DNA of 64,000 bases from Octopus sinensis (lineage: Eukaryota), in NCBI RefSeq assembly GCF_006345805.1, contig NC_043001.1:131006001-131070000 (forward strand), in the 5' to 3' direction. Made by a program: the position numbers and the translations under genes. Positions 48,436 through 61,429 of the stretch are shown piece after piece. Below the pieces are notes generated by a model. That model ran no database searches, was not told where the DNA came from, and saw only the letters and a program-made list of their open reading frames with translations. The number at the start of each line of letters is the position of its first letter. Positions within the stretch are counted from its first letter, which is position 1.

Positions 48436-48670
48436 TGAGTGAGAAAGTAATGTATGCCATCAAAGTCACACTGTTCCAAACCCCACTTGTCTCATGTGTT
48501 GTATTATCCCTATTTGTTTTGTATTCAGCTCTTGTGACCAATGAAGAAATCATCATTATTATTATTATTATAGGTTTGCTTCTCAAACATGTGGTCTTTG
48601 CTTCAGTGCCACTCAGACTGACCTAAGTCTTGTGAGGGGATTTAGTTGAGATAGAGACTGAAAGGAGTCT

Positions 48671-48718
<48 letters not shown>

Positions 48719-48725
<7 letters not shown>

Positions 48726-49060
48726 GAAAGAATGGAGTTGAATGACGAATTAACAAAATTCCTTTATTCTCGACATATGTTTCGAAGGCTGCATATTCCT
48801 AATTTCGAAGGAATAAGGGGTGCATTATGCCGCCTTCTCATCAGGAAAAGCAAGGAACTTATGTCAGCATCAAGATGAACAAAAACTTTTAGATGACTGC
48901 CCACACATATATTTATATAAAACCCACAAATTTCCACACGAAAGCATGTGATCTCTGCCCTTGGCATGTAGCTTCAACCGTGTTTTTTTGACGTGAATTT
49001 GCTACCCAGGTATCGGTTAACCGAATTATCCATAATAAGATAATTCATTCAACTACTCAA
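48719..49060 (-). mobile_element. Hammerhead-bearing Penelope-like or retrozyme-like element within (TA)n
   Basis: (TA)n on both sides; first 170 bp near-identical to 62107-62275. Confidence 0.7.
48756..48860 (-). ncRNA. Type I hammerhead ribozyme, intact core
   Basis: CUGAUGA (48844-48838), stem II GAAGGC/GCCUUC, GAAA (48783-48780), palindromic stem III ACAUAUGU, GUC cleavage triplet (C at 48772), stem I of 5 bp + 2x2 loop + 9 bp. Confidence 0.85.
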
Positions 49061-49077
49061 ATATATATATATATATA

Positions 49078-49148
49078 TACAATAAGAGGCTTCCAAATAG
49101 GAAAGCGTTGTGCTAGAACGCTTCCTTATTTGGAAGCCTCTTATTGTA
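49078..49148. other. 71-nt near-perfect hairpin (micro-MITE or pre-miRNA-like)
   Basis: 32-nt arms (outer 22 bp perfect, one mismatch and one G-T inside), 7-nt loop gtgctag, TA at both ends. Confidence 0.85.
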
Positions 49149-49252
49149 TTTCTATATGAATAATATATAGTCTAATGACTAATTCGTCTTTTGTGCTAGG
49201 CCACTGGTAATAATAATTTATTATTATTATTACTACCCTATTTTATTATGTT

Positions 49253-49286
<34 letters not shown>

Positions 49287-50269
49287 ATGGGCTCCTTTCA
49301 GTTGTGTGTGTGTGTATACACACACACACATATATATACATATACACACATATATATACAGATATATACATACAGATATAGTTTATTTATGCATGTATTT
49401 TTGTGCAATTTGAAACCAGTGTTGGTTTAGTTATGCCCTGTGACTTAGTGGTTCAGCAAAAGAGATCAGACAGAATAAGAATTAGGCTTTAGAAAAATGA
49501 GTACTGTGGTTGATTTGTTTGACTAAACCCTTCAAGGTAGTGCCCCAGCATGGCCACAGTGCAATGACTGAAATATGTAAGAAAGTATTAGCAACAGTGG
49601 TAGCTATACCCAACTGTTTCAGAGCATAAGAAATTAAATCAATATGACTGTAGTTACATTTTCAGTCATGTTATGTGTAACAAACTGTCGACATGAAGTG
49701 TTGAACTATAATATTTTTGTGTAGAGAGGCAGTATATGTGTGTATTAGTGTTTCTTTGTCTATGTGCATTCATGCAAAAATATCATGACATCATATGACC
49801 ACATGAATGAGTAACGATTATATTAAAACCTTAAACTTTTTGATTTTAGCTGAAAATTGACAAAGAAAAAGCAGGTTCTCATCAGTATAATTCATATCAT
49901 ATCTCCTTTACATTTTAATTTCTACCCATTTATCATATTTGATTTTTATGTACAAGACTAATGATTACCATCTTGGCTTTCTTTTCAATGCTTCTACAGA
50001 TCCAGGTTCTGTAGGCTTGTGTGAATGGGTTTCCTGTGTTCAATTTATAGAGAACATCACTGCAGAATGTGTGTGTGTGGCAAGCTCTACTTAGTTATAA
50101 TATTTTTCACAATTTGTATAAATATAAAAGCCTCAAAATGTTTGTTTATTCATTACACAACCTTATACTCTTATTATTATGAAAATATTTTTCAAACTAT
50201 ATTCTTTTTGTATATTTTCAAAAATTCTTCTTTCTTCTGTATAATTATCATCGTCATTATAATCATTAT

Positions 50270-50725
50270 TAAAGTAACTAGATGGCAGAATCATTAGCAA
50301 GTTGGACAAACTGCTTAGTAGTATTGCTACCAAATCATTATTTTTGTTTTGAGTTCAAATTCTGCTGTGGTTGGCTTTGCCTTTCATCCTTTCGGGGGTC
50401 AATAAATTAAATACTAGTGAAACACTGGGGTTGATGTAATTGACTTAACCCCTCCCACAAGGTTTCAGGTCTTGTGCCTGTAGTAGAAAGGATTATTATT
50501 ATTATTATTAAGGTGGCAAGCTGGCAGAAGTGTTAGCACACCAAACAAAATTCTACTAAGCATTCTGTCTGTCTTTATATTCTGAGTTCAAATGCTGCCC
50601 AGGTCAACTTTACCTTTCATCCTTTTGGGGGTTGATAAAATAAGTAACAGCTGGACACTGGAGTTGATGTAATTGATAACCCCTCCTCCAAAATTTCAGG
50701 CTTTGTGCCTATAGTAGAAAGTGAT
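50270..50725 (+). mobile_element. Tandem pair of SINE-B
   Basis: Two head-to-tail copies joined through (ATT)n. Confidence 0.8.
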
Positions 50726-51339
50726 GGTATTACAATAAATTTATTCCAATGGTTTCATTTGAGTTTTTGAAGGCACCATCATCAGCTGCTCTACATTATT
50801 CTTATGGTGCTTCTAGCTTTGTATAAAATGAAAGGAAGAAGATGTGTGTTACGTATAATTTGTTACATGCTCAAATGTTTTACAGTTATTTTTTTTCCAC
50901 GCTTGCCTATTATATTATTTGGGTCATTGATTGTTTTACAGCAGACGTCTTTCTTGATGCTAAAACTGCCTTGTGTGTGCATGTGTGTATATGTGTCCAT
51001 GTCTTGTGTCTTGTTTGCACTTATCTCTGTTGGTTGAACTAACTTTTAAAGACATGGTTTTTCCCCATGTCAGTTAAACAGTATTAAATATCCAGTCTAA
51101 AGTTTTTGTTCATTCAACTAATTTGGTTGACTGCATACATCTTCTGTTAAGGGTCAGTGGTTATAAAATGTAATTTTAAATAAATATACATGCATACATG
51201 TATTGTTACCTGATGTTATCAACAGTGTGAAAGACACAAAGGAATACATGCAAGCGTATATATTCACAAACACAGACACAGACATACACATGCATACACA
51301 CATGCAGGCAGGCACACACTCACACACACACACATACTT

Positions 51340-51639
51340 CATCATCATCATCATCATCATCGTCGTTTAGCGTCCGCTTTCCATGCTAGCATGGGTTGGA
51401 CGGTGCAACTGGGGTCTGGGAAGCCGGAAGGCTGCACTAGGCTCCAGTCTGATCTGGCAATGTTTCTACGGCTGGATGCCCTTCCTAACGCCAACCACTC
51501 CATGAGTGTAGTGGGTGCTTTTTAGATGCCACCGGCACAGGTGCCAGGCGAAGCTGGCAAATGGCCACGATTGGATGGTGCTTTTTACGTGCCACCGGCA
51601 CAGGGGGGCCAGGTGAGGCTGGCAACGACCACGATCAGA
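51340..51639 (-). mobile_element. SINE-E / RTE-like 3' end
   Basis: (CAT)n tail, ccatgctagcatgg, two ggtgctttt units. Confidence 0.8.
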
Positions 51640-51850
51640 TTCAAATTTTGGCACAAGGAGAACAATTTCCAAGGAGGAAGTAAGTCAATTGCAGTGACCC
51701 CCCCCCCCAGTGCTCAACTGGTACTTATTTTATCGATTTTGTAAGGATGAACAGCAAAGTCGATCTCGGGAGAATTTGAACTCAGTACATAAGAATGGAT
51801 GAAAAGTAGCTAAGAATTTTGCAACGGTGTGCTAATGGTTCTGCCAGCAC
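51640..51850 (-). mobile_element. SINE-B
   Basis: Reverse complement of the SINE-B body. Confidence 0.7.
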
Positions 51851-51885
51851 ACTGCATTTGTTCATTTATAAGTTAAATATTATTA

Positions 51886-52289
51886 ACTCTTTACTCTTTT
51901 ACTTGTTTCAGTCATTTGACTGCGGCCATGCTGGAGCACCGCCTTTAGTCGAGCAAATCGACCCCGAGACTTATTCTTTGTAAGCCCAGTACTTATTCTA
52001 TCGGTCTCTTTTGCCAAACCGCTAAGTGACGGGGACGTAAACACACCAGCATCGGTTGTCAAGCAATGCTAGGGAGACAAACACAGACACACAAACCCAC
52101 ACATATATATATATATACATATATACGACAGGCTTCTTTCAGTTTCCGTCTACCAAATCCACTCACAAGGCATTGGTCGGCCCGGGGCTATAGCAGAAGA
52201 CACTTGCCCAAGATGCCACGCAGTGGGACTGAACCCGGAACCATGTGGTTGGTTAGCAAGCTACATACCACACAGCCACTCCTGCGCCT
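51886..52289 (-). mobile_element. SINE-A, full length, young
   Basis: Complete match with (TTTACTC)n tail. Confidence 0.9.
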
Positions 52290-55082
52290 ATATTTATTTA
52301 TCTATTTATTTATTTTTTATTTTTTTGTTTAATTATTCATTCCAAATGATCTAATCCTTTAAGTACAGAGAAAAAAAAATGGAATTGAACTTTGTCTATT
52401 GTATATAAGAGTTTCAGTGCAATAGCAGCTTTCAAGACATTGTTTAGGGGATTAAATTAAGGTAGAAATGAATAAGAAATGTTAGTTTAAGGTCAAAGTA
52501 CAGAGAGTGAGTAGGTTCAAAAAGTTGCTACCTTGTTTAGGTGAGTTAAAAAGAAAATAAATTATTAAAAAAACAAACACACATAAAAAACAAACTAAAA
52601 ACACAAAAAACATCAATGATAATGACTTGTAATTCTTCTGGCAAACTAGGATGACTCCATAATTACATTGTTAAACACAAGTAGAGAAAGTAACACTGAG
52701 TAAATTAGTAAGATGACGACCCTGTTCTATAAAAGAAGGCATAATTAGATACGTAACATCATCTAAAGCTAATAAACTTCAAATTAAAATTTCATACCCT
52801 AAAAAGATTTCGCTCAAAGATAATTTTTTTTTCTTATGTTATTTTATATTTTATTACCTTACTGTCTCTTTTTCTTTTTTTAAATGTTTCTGTCAATGTT
52901 GCAGTAGTAGTAGTAACACTAGTAGTAGTAGTAGTATAGTAGTAGTAGTAGTATTAGCAGCAGCAGCAGTAGCAGTAGTAGTTAAAATTAGGAATAGAGT
53001 AAGCTGCTTTTTTTTCTTTTTTTTTTTAATAACAAGTTTGCAGAATAGCAGTGTGTTAAACTGACAGGCAAAATCAGTGTCAAAAACATGTATTTGTTTT
53101 ATAAATAAAAATAAAAATTATAAGAAAAAGAGAAAAACAACTGAAATAAAAATGCAAAAATAAAATTATAGTTCATTGCGTCTTCTCCCAGCAGTTTACT
53201 TTTACAAAAATGTTACTAGTGACTTTGCCTTAGGCTCTCTACTTTCATTTTATAAAAGCCCTTACTTTTAAAAGATTCTTCTATCAAATACTCTCAATCT
53301 CTTCTTTATCATTTTTCTCTCTTCCTGACTACCATTATCCACTCTAAGTTTCCTTTTCTCTCTCTCCCTCTCTCCTTCTTCTCCTTGTTCTCATACACAA
53401 CCTAACTATCTCTCTCTATCTCTTTCTTTTTCTCACTTGCTATTGTTTATTTAATCCTATTATACACTGTTTCATTGAACTAAAACCAACCAATTAATGA
53501 TAGAATGACAGGTTTGATTTTGCTCAAGAAGAGGAAGAGTAGAAATCTATAAATGGTTTGAGATAATAGTTATTTTGGAGTTTTATTCAGGCCTTGAATA
53601 TTTCAATACAAAACCTGAATTCTTGACTTAGCAATAAAAGGAAGAAACATGCCAACCCTATTATGTTATACTTCATAATCAAATTTCATTTCCCCATCTT
53701 TTGTTAGGATGTGTTGCATTTTACTTAAGATATTTCAGTCATAATTAAAGTAATCATGAGAAGACCTCATTTCAGTTCAGTTTATTATTATTATTATTAT
53801 TATCATCATCATCATCATTATTATTATTATTTATTAATTTTTTTTCCTTAGTTTTTTTTTTTCCCCTCCTCTCAAAGCATATCATCATTGAGTTTCTGAT
53901 TTGAAATTCCTGGTTTACAGATTTACTTCTGCTTTGAAAGCAACAACAATAATAAATAATAATAACAACAATAAGCTTGAAGAATTCATTGGATTTAATA
54001 GTAAACTACATTGTATCAATATTTAACCTATTCTGAAATTTGAAGCCTTTTTCCCATGAATGGACTGGATGTAAATTCGAGACAAAAATCCTTATGAACA
54101 TGAACAATTAATGTTTGCTACGAAATGTTCTTGCCAATATGAAGAAAACAAACAAGTTATATTTTGTTTTTTGTTTTTTTTTTTTTTTTTTTTTTGTTAA
54201 TCTCTTTTTTCAAGAAACCAAAATAGAAAAAAAAAATATATTATAATATAAGAACTAAATTAAAGACAAGATAAAAAAAAAAGCACAAATTTATTTGACC
54301 AGAAAACACAGAAGAACAGATTCTTTGTGAATATGTTAAAAATAAACTTTGAATGCAACCCAAAAATAATATCAATTAATCAACCGTTAAGATTTACTGC
54401 ATGAAATTAAAAGGTAGAAGGAAAAATAAAGAAAGAAAAGAAAACAATCCTTCATCCACTGCATGTTCAATAAGATATTCTTAAATTTTCCTCTAATTAT
54501 CATAAATAATCCTTTAAAATCCTCTTTAGAATATAATACTGTAAATCCTTCCCTGGTCTTTCCTTTACCCCAGGGAAGTTTGCATGATCAATATCCTTTT
54601 AGAATGGCAAGCATATATCTATCGCCAGTACAATGTAAAGTTATTTACAGTTGAATGCATCCAGATCTGGTAAGGGATTCTTTTGATCCCAGTATTTAGC
54701 AAGTGATTGACTTTGCAAAAAGGACTACTGATGTGGTAGGGATTACACCACTTTAAGCTACATGCTCATGCAGACTCCTCTGTGATTGTTTTACATACAA
54801 ACGGATTAAAATAGAATGTACTGGACCTTAACAAAACCTATCGTCAACTCAAATTATAAGAGTCACAGTGAATGCTATGCTTCATGCGAATAAGCAAAAC
54901 ACTAGAATTTAACTGTCTTTCACAGCATCAGATTAAGCAATACTGGAACATTGTATGCTAGGGATTCTTGCTCTTTCAGTTAGAAAAAGCTAATAAAGAT
55001 TAATGTGTTCTAAAGACAAGGTTTCAAATCTTTAACATACATCAGTATTTCCGAATTTTTGGAAATCTTTGTAATACAATCC

Positions 55083-56377
55083 ATGTGGCTGTGTAGTAAG
55101 AAGCTTGGTTCCCATCAACGTGGTCCCAGGTTCAGTCCCACTGTGTGGCACTTTGGCCAAGTGTCTTCTACCATAGTCTCAGGCTGACCAAAGATATGTG
55201 AGTGGATTTGGTAGATGGAAACTGAAAGAAGCTCAACATACATACATACATACATACATACATACAACATACATACATACATACATATATACATACATAC
55301 ATACATACATACATACATACATGGTGCGGTGAATATGTTGTTGTCTAAATTACGCAAAAATGAAAATAACATTGGCATCTCATTTTAACAGATATAGTAT
55401 TAAAATTACATAAAAATATCTCGAAATGCTAAACAGTAAATTTATTCAATAAAATCGCTATTAGCCTCAACCACAGCCTCCAGATGACTTTGGAATCTTC
55501 TGCAACTCTTGTGGATGGTCTCCTTGTTTAAGTTAGTGAACACAGCCATAATTTTTGCCTTCAGTTCATCTTTGGTGTTACAAGGGGTTTTGTTGGTCAT
55601 TCACTCAACTGCACCCCACACATAATAACCAAGGGGGTTGTAGTCTGGAGAGTTAGGTGGCCAAATGTTAGGGGTGATGTGGTCACAGAAATTGTCTGAC
55701 AGTCATAACTGGATTCTGCTGCTTGTGTGACATGATGCAGTGTCCTGTTGCCAGATATAGGGTCTTCCAGCAGCCACCCTCTTGATCCAGGGCAGGACTA
55801 CCTCCCCCAAGCACTTGATGTAGACCTCCGTGTTGAGTCTGAGCCCGTGTAGGAAGATGAATGGAGGCATAACTTCGCCATCACTAGTTGTCACTTCAAA
55901 CACCATAATGTTGACTGGCTGTTTGATTTTTTATCACACTTGGTACATGTTTTGGGGGCACAGCAAGCCAACGATTGTTCTACGTATTCACTATTTGTTT
56001 GTATTTGAGCTTCCAGTGTGAATGCCAAGCAGTACAGCATGTCATTTCCAAATTTCTGGCAGAGTGAATTGCATCATGGTGCTATTTTTCTCACAGACAG
56101 TGCACAACTGGCCCTACTATATTGTGTAGTCGACAAAATCAAAAACAAAGAATGTGCATGCATGAAATTAAAAATATAAAATGGCAACAATTTACCCATA
56201 CCTGTATATATTTATGTGTGTGTGTGTTTATTCCCCCACCCCCAAATTAGATCAATAGAATAAGCACTAGGTTTACAAAGAATAAATCCTGGAGTCGAAG
56301 TCTTTGACTGAAGCCCATTATGGTGGTGTTCCAGTATGGCCACAGTCAAATGACTGAAATGAGTAAAAAGATAAAAG
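55083..56377 (+). mobile_element. SINE-A split by a Tc1/mariner insertion (left arm 55083-55235, right arm 56205-56377)
   Basis: Arms in the same orientation flanking the transposon, which sits in the (ACAT)n centre. Confidence 0.7.
55320..56204 (-). pseudogene. Internally deleted DD37D (maT-type) Tc1/mariner transposon
   Basis: Minus strand 55906-55442 reads ...RPYIWQQDTASCHTSSRIQL*LSDNFCDHITPNIWPPNSPDYNPLGYYVWGAVE*...EANSDFIE*; 37 residues between the second Asp and the third catalytic position (GGT, one change from GAT); N-terminal remnant MQFTLPEIWK near 56094; degenerate TIRs, TA flanks. Confidence 0.85.
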
Positions 56378-56654
56378 AATTTCAGGGACCACACATATTA
56401 ATAATAAATATGTCATTATTAATTTTTCTTGGATCGTAATCATGTAAAGTAAAGTAAATATAACAAATAATCCAGAATCCTTGTCTGGTACCAAATCGAT
56501 CCCAAAATCTAATCAGTTCTTGCTAGTCATGAGGCTAAACATCCCTGAATGATCCATCTGAATCCATCCAGCAGTTCTTGAGATATCATGTCCACAGGCA
56601 AACAAACAAACATGACTGAAAACAATACCTCTGCTTTTGCTAAGGAGGAGGTAA

Positions 56655-56842
56655 TAATGATGATTTTGGCACAGGGTCAACAAGTTCAGAGGAGGGAGTA
56701 AGGGTGACCCCCTAGTACCTATTTTATTGACTCTGAAAGGATGAAAGGCAAAGTTGAATTTGAGCTCAGAACATAAAGATAGGCAAAATGCTGCTAAGCA
56801 TTTTGCCCAGCATGCTAATGATTTTGCCTGCTTGCCACCTTC
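56655..56842 (-). mobile_element. SINE-B
   Basis: ggatgaaaggcaaagttgaatttgagctcagaac...cttgccacctt. Confidence 0.75.
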
Positions 56843-57280
56843 ATGGCTACCCGCATGGTTCTTGATCTCAAGCATTTGTCTTATGAAGAAAGGCTGAAGA
56901 CGCTCGACCTTTATTCTCTAGAAAAACGCCGCCGCCGTGGTGATCTCATTCTTGCTCACAACATCATAAGCGGAAAGTGTAACCTCTTGAAAGAGCTGTT
57001 CTTCACTCCTGCTCCAGAGCATCGGCTGCGGGGTCACTCCGAAAAGCTCTATCTGCGACGATTTCATCTCAATTGAAGGAGAGGGGCTTTCTCCGTCCGG
57101 GTTGTGGAATAAGCTGCTGGACGAGATAGTGAAGATGCCGACGACCGCTTGGTTCAAAGTCTCCCTTGACCACAAATGGCCTGAACTCTTTACATGAACA
57201 CCACCTTGTACATAACTCCATGTCCCCCTACATGGCCTTGCTTTTTGCTTTTTGAGCCAAAAAAATAACTAACTAACTAA
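56843..57280 (+). mobile_element. 5'-truncated CR1-clade LINE (ORF2 C-terminus, 3' UTR, (TAAC)n tail)
   Basis: ATRMV...LSYEERLKTLDLYSLEKRRRRGDLI...RGHSEKL...AFSVRV..WNKL are hallmark CR1/L2-group ORF2 terminal motifs; one in-frame stop and a frameshift. Confidence 0.85.
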
Positions 57281-57978
57281 TGTCTCAAATATAAGTACAA
57301 GGTTGAAATTTGGAGTACTGAGTTTAATCAATTAAATCAACCCAAACAATAATCGTTATTTCATTTTACTGACTGTCGAGGGACAAAAGGCTACACACTT
57401 ATGAACATACTTCAAGGACTCAGTCACCAACACACTTCCAAGGAACATTTCCCTCTTCACTAAAGGCATATTAAAGCAATTATAATATTATAACTATAAT
57501 ATATAATTATAATACACAATAAATGAAACACTTCAGAAATTTGCTTGTATTCTTCGCTGATGAGTAATCTCATTTATCCATAATTAAATTTTGATGTCTA
57601 TTGGTTATTTCATGTATAATAATAACTATATTTGCATGATGCTTGTTTTGCATCAACCAAAAATAAACTGGTCTTTCATACTCAACTTTCACAGGTTTAT
57701 GCAGGGATATAACAATTACGAGAGTGCATTAAGTGGGTCGGGTACTGGACAATTGATTCAGATATTACTAGTTCATATCTTACCATGAACACTGCGTTGT
57801 ATTTGTAGCCAAGATGTTTAATCTTTATATTAAAATAACTAACACATTGCATTATCAACTGGCTGTAAAATTAACAACTTTTAATTAGTGTGCAATGCAG
57901 AATTCAACTCTTCTGTTGTTATTTGTAATTTCAAGTATGCAGTCATAGACAAATTTAACACTTCAATCAATGATATAG

Positions 57979-58389
57979 CTTTACTCTTTACTCTTTTACT
58001 TGTTTCAGTCATTTGACTGCAGCCATGCTGGAGCACCGCCTTTAGTCGAGCAACTCGACCCCGGGACTTATTCTTTTGTAAGCCCAGTACTTATTCTATC
58101 GGTCTCTTTTGCCGAACCGCTAAGTAACAGGGACATAAACACACCAGCATCGGTTGTCAAGCAATACTAGGGGGACAAACACAGACACACAAACACACAC
58201 ACGCATATATATATGTACATATATACGACGGGCTTCTTTCAGTTTCGGTCTACCAAATCCACTCACAAGGCTTTGGTCGGCCCGAGGATATAGTAGAAGA
58301 CACTTGCCCAAGGTGCCACGCAGTGGGACTGAACCCGGAACCATGTAGTTGGTAAACAAGCTACTTACCACACAGCCACTCCTGCGCCT
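57979..58389 (-). mobile_element. SINE-A, full length, young
   Basis: Complete match. Confidence 0.9.
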
Positions 58390-58734
58390 ATCTATCTTTT
58401 AAAAATAATGGAAAACTGTTGTATTACAGCCCAGTATGCACAAGCACAGAACCCCACTGATCTCTAGAGCAAGTAATCAACATAACAATCCTCTTCTCCT
58501 TCCTCCCCTCCTCCTCTTCTGCCCCCCCCCTCTTCCATTTCATTTTGATATCCCTTTCCAATGCTTGCATGGGTCAGGCCAAATTTTTTAAGGCAGATTT
58601 TTTGTAACAAAATTTTGTCAGTTCCCAAGGAAAATATTTCCCTCATTGACCAGACATGTTTTCACAGAAGATTGGAAATAAAGGACACTGTTTCTATGAT
58701 GGTTACACTCATTTACAAAGATTGTACAATGTGA

Positions 58735-58885
58735 TTATGTTCTGAGTTCAAATTCTGCTGAGGATGACTTTGCCTTTCATTCTTTCAGGATCAATAAATT
58801 AAGTACTAGTTGCATACTGGGGTTAATCTAATCGACTGGCCCCCACCCTCAAAATTTCAGGCCTTGTGCCTAGAGTAGAAACGAA
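58735..58885 (+). mobile_element. SINE-B, 5'-truncated
   Basis: gttctgagttcaaattctgc...ggccttgtgcctagagtagaa. Confidence 0.75.
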
Positions 58886-60614
58886 TGTGAAGACAGAGAC
58901 ACTGAGAGATAACACACATGACAGGTGTCTTTTAATATTTGTTTATCAAATCCACTCACAAGGCTTTCATTGCCCAAGATGCCATACAGAAGGCTACTAA
59001 ACTACATAGTTGAGAGATGGTTTTCTTAGCTACATTGCCAGAAGAGCCAATACTACATTCTCCATATATCTTCAGAAAGAACATTTTGAAAAAAATGTCA
59101 AAAAGTAATTCATAAAGAAAACAAAAACTTACTAATTAACGACAGAAGCTGCAATAAAATGAAGTCATTGTTTTTCTTTTTTCTTCTTTTTCTTTCCCTA
59201 TTTTTCTTTTCTTAAGGTTTTCTCCAACTTTCCATTCAAATCAAGAAATACTCTTTCCTGGTATTTTGATGTCTTAAAGCTCACCTAATATTGTTGCAAT
59301 TAAAACCAGCTGCTTTTGTAGGCCTGTATTATTCATCCTCTGCTTGTCATGGGACAGTTAACCATTTATCATTAAAAGTGGTTAAAATAATTCCATAGGT
59401 AAACAACTGCTGAAGTGTGAAGTACCTCTACAATTGGACATGGTACCCTTTAAGTTATGGATTATAAAGAATTTCCATGCTCCAGAATTTGTAGAATACT
59501 GTATTTTTTGATATAGAAGTTGAATTTTTCAGATCAAAATTTACATCCAAAAAACATGTCAGCTTCTACATCAAGATGACTTTGGAGCACCAAATTTCCA
59601 TGTAAAATGCAGCAGGATTTGGAAAGATAGTGAAGATGTCCAAATATTTACATACATGTTTACGCTTTATACTTCGTTGACTTGTATGCCAGAAAATACA
59701 GTAATAAAGCTGTTTTACAAAGGCCAGTACAGATGCACAGGACTCTTGTGACATCATGTAATTCTATTGTTAGTCATTAACATGACAATATAAGACAATT
59801 AATAAAATATCTAATGAAACATCTTACAATGCATCAGCAGAGACCACTCTAGTTCAGAATTTATCAATAGAACAGAGTTCACCTTGGAATTGGATTGAAA
59901 TTTTAGATTTTGATTCAGATTTCAAACTGTTCATGATTGCTAGTATATAACATTTCATTTCACATTAAAACTTATCAGGAACAAGCATCCAGTACCAGGT
60001 GGATATCTTGTACATCCACAAGGGAGAGCCACTATGCATAAAGATACATGTGACTTGTGCATGATCTATCTCTCACATGCACGCTGTGTATCTATGAGGG
60101 TGTATGTGTTTATATACATGCATACATACACGCATGCATGCACACACACACACACACATTGATGGAACGACATCATACAAAATGACGCAAAGACATCAAA
60201 CATCAAACTCATAAATGTTTACTTGCAGATATTACAGATAAATATAAATAAACATTTATTTGCATAGAAAAGTGTTAATTTTATTCAATTTTGAAAAATC
60301 TTTATAACATTTATTCATTGATTCAGTTTTCTTTGAAGTATTATGATAGAAAAGCATAAAAGTAAAATAAAAAAAAAAATGAAAAGAAACAATAATTATA
60401 ATTTATAAATAAAAAATATTTTATTCAGAAAATATGATTTTTAAAAGTTTCTGTCTTCCACAATTTCATGGTTTCCAAAAGTCTATTATGCAGAATCTTA
60501 TGACATCACACTGAAATGATGACTGAATGTTCCTTTTGTTTGGTTTTGATATTTTAAAATTTTTATTTTCTGATTAGAACTTTTTCAAAAGCAAAGCAAT
60601 ACAGAAAGAGATGA

Positions 60615-60616
<2 letters not shown>

Positions 60617-60703
<87 letters not shown>

Positions 60704-60710
60704 GTGTGTG
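60617..60710. repeat. (GT)n microsatellite
   Basis: About 46 units with one interruption. Confidence 0.95.
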
Positions 60711-61149
60711 AAACATATAAGATTGTCAGAACAGAGTGAGAAAGGGTGAGAGTATAAAAGTGAAGAGATAAAAAGAAACAAAAAAGAAAGAAAGAAAGAA
60801 AGAAAGAAGGGAAGGATATAAACCATGAGAGAAAGAGAGATATGTAAGAGGAAGGGGGAAAAGTAGGAAAAGAGAATGAGTGTGAGGAAGACAGAAAGAC
60901 AGACAGACAGACAGACAGACAGGAATGAAAATCGCAAAAGTAAAAGGAAAGGAAAAAAAAACTATAGGAAGATAAGTGGTAAGAGTAGGATGAAGTAAAA
61001 AGAGGCAAACCATGTATTCCCAAAGTGTATTAAATTATTAAATTTAAAAACATGTTTAAATTAAAGTCTGGCTTTACTTATGGGATAGACTCAGAGAAGA
61101 ATAAAAGAGGGGTGGTGGTATGAATCTATACAGATATATATATATATAC

Positions 61150-61189
<40 letters not shown>

Positions 61190-61200
61190 TATATATATCT

Positions 61201-61356
61201 GTGGAGGCGCAATGGCCTAGTGGTTAGGGCAGCGGACTCGCGGTTTCGATTCCCAGACCGGGCGTTGTGAGTGTTTATTGAGCGAAAACACCTAAAAGCT
61301 CAACGAGGCTCCGGCAGGGGGTGGTGATCCCTGCTGTCGGTCATGTGATCACGTGA
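61201..61356 (+). mobile_element. SINE-C group (head + body Y + tail 3) with two internal deletions
   Basis: Colinear with 28361-28670 but lacks the segment between two tcgcggtt repeats and about 140 bp of body/tail. Confidence 0.75.
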
Positions 61357-61429
61357 TATATATATATATATATGGTATATTGCAGTAAAAACAGAGAAAG
61401 TAGCAGTAAGTACATCTTTAAAAATCTTT

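Noticed and set aside
3482-58371. Recurrent ORFs such as MSSNARGTNTDTQTH..., ...GSVPLRGTLGKCLL..., ...QLDALPNANHS...
   Set aside because: Read-throughs of SINE-A and SINE-E copies; start and stop positions vary between copies.
59533-59751. 72 open codons after ttttcag (IKIYIQKTCQLLHQDDFGAP...)
   Set aside because: No recognisable motif; cannot be supported without expression or homology data.
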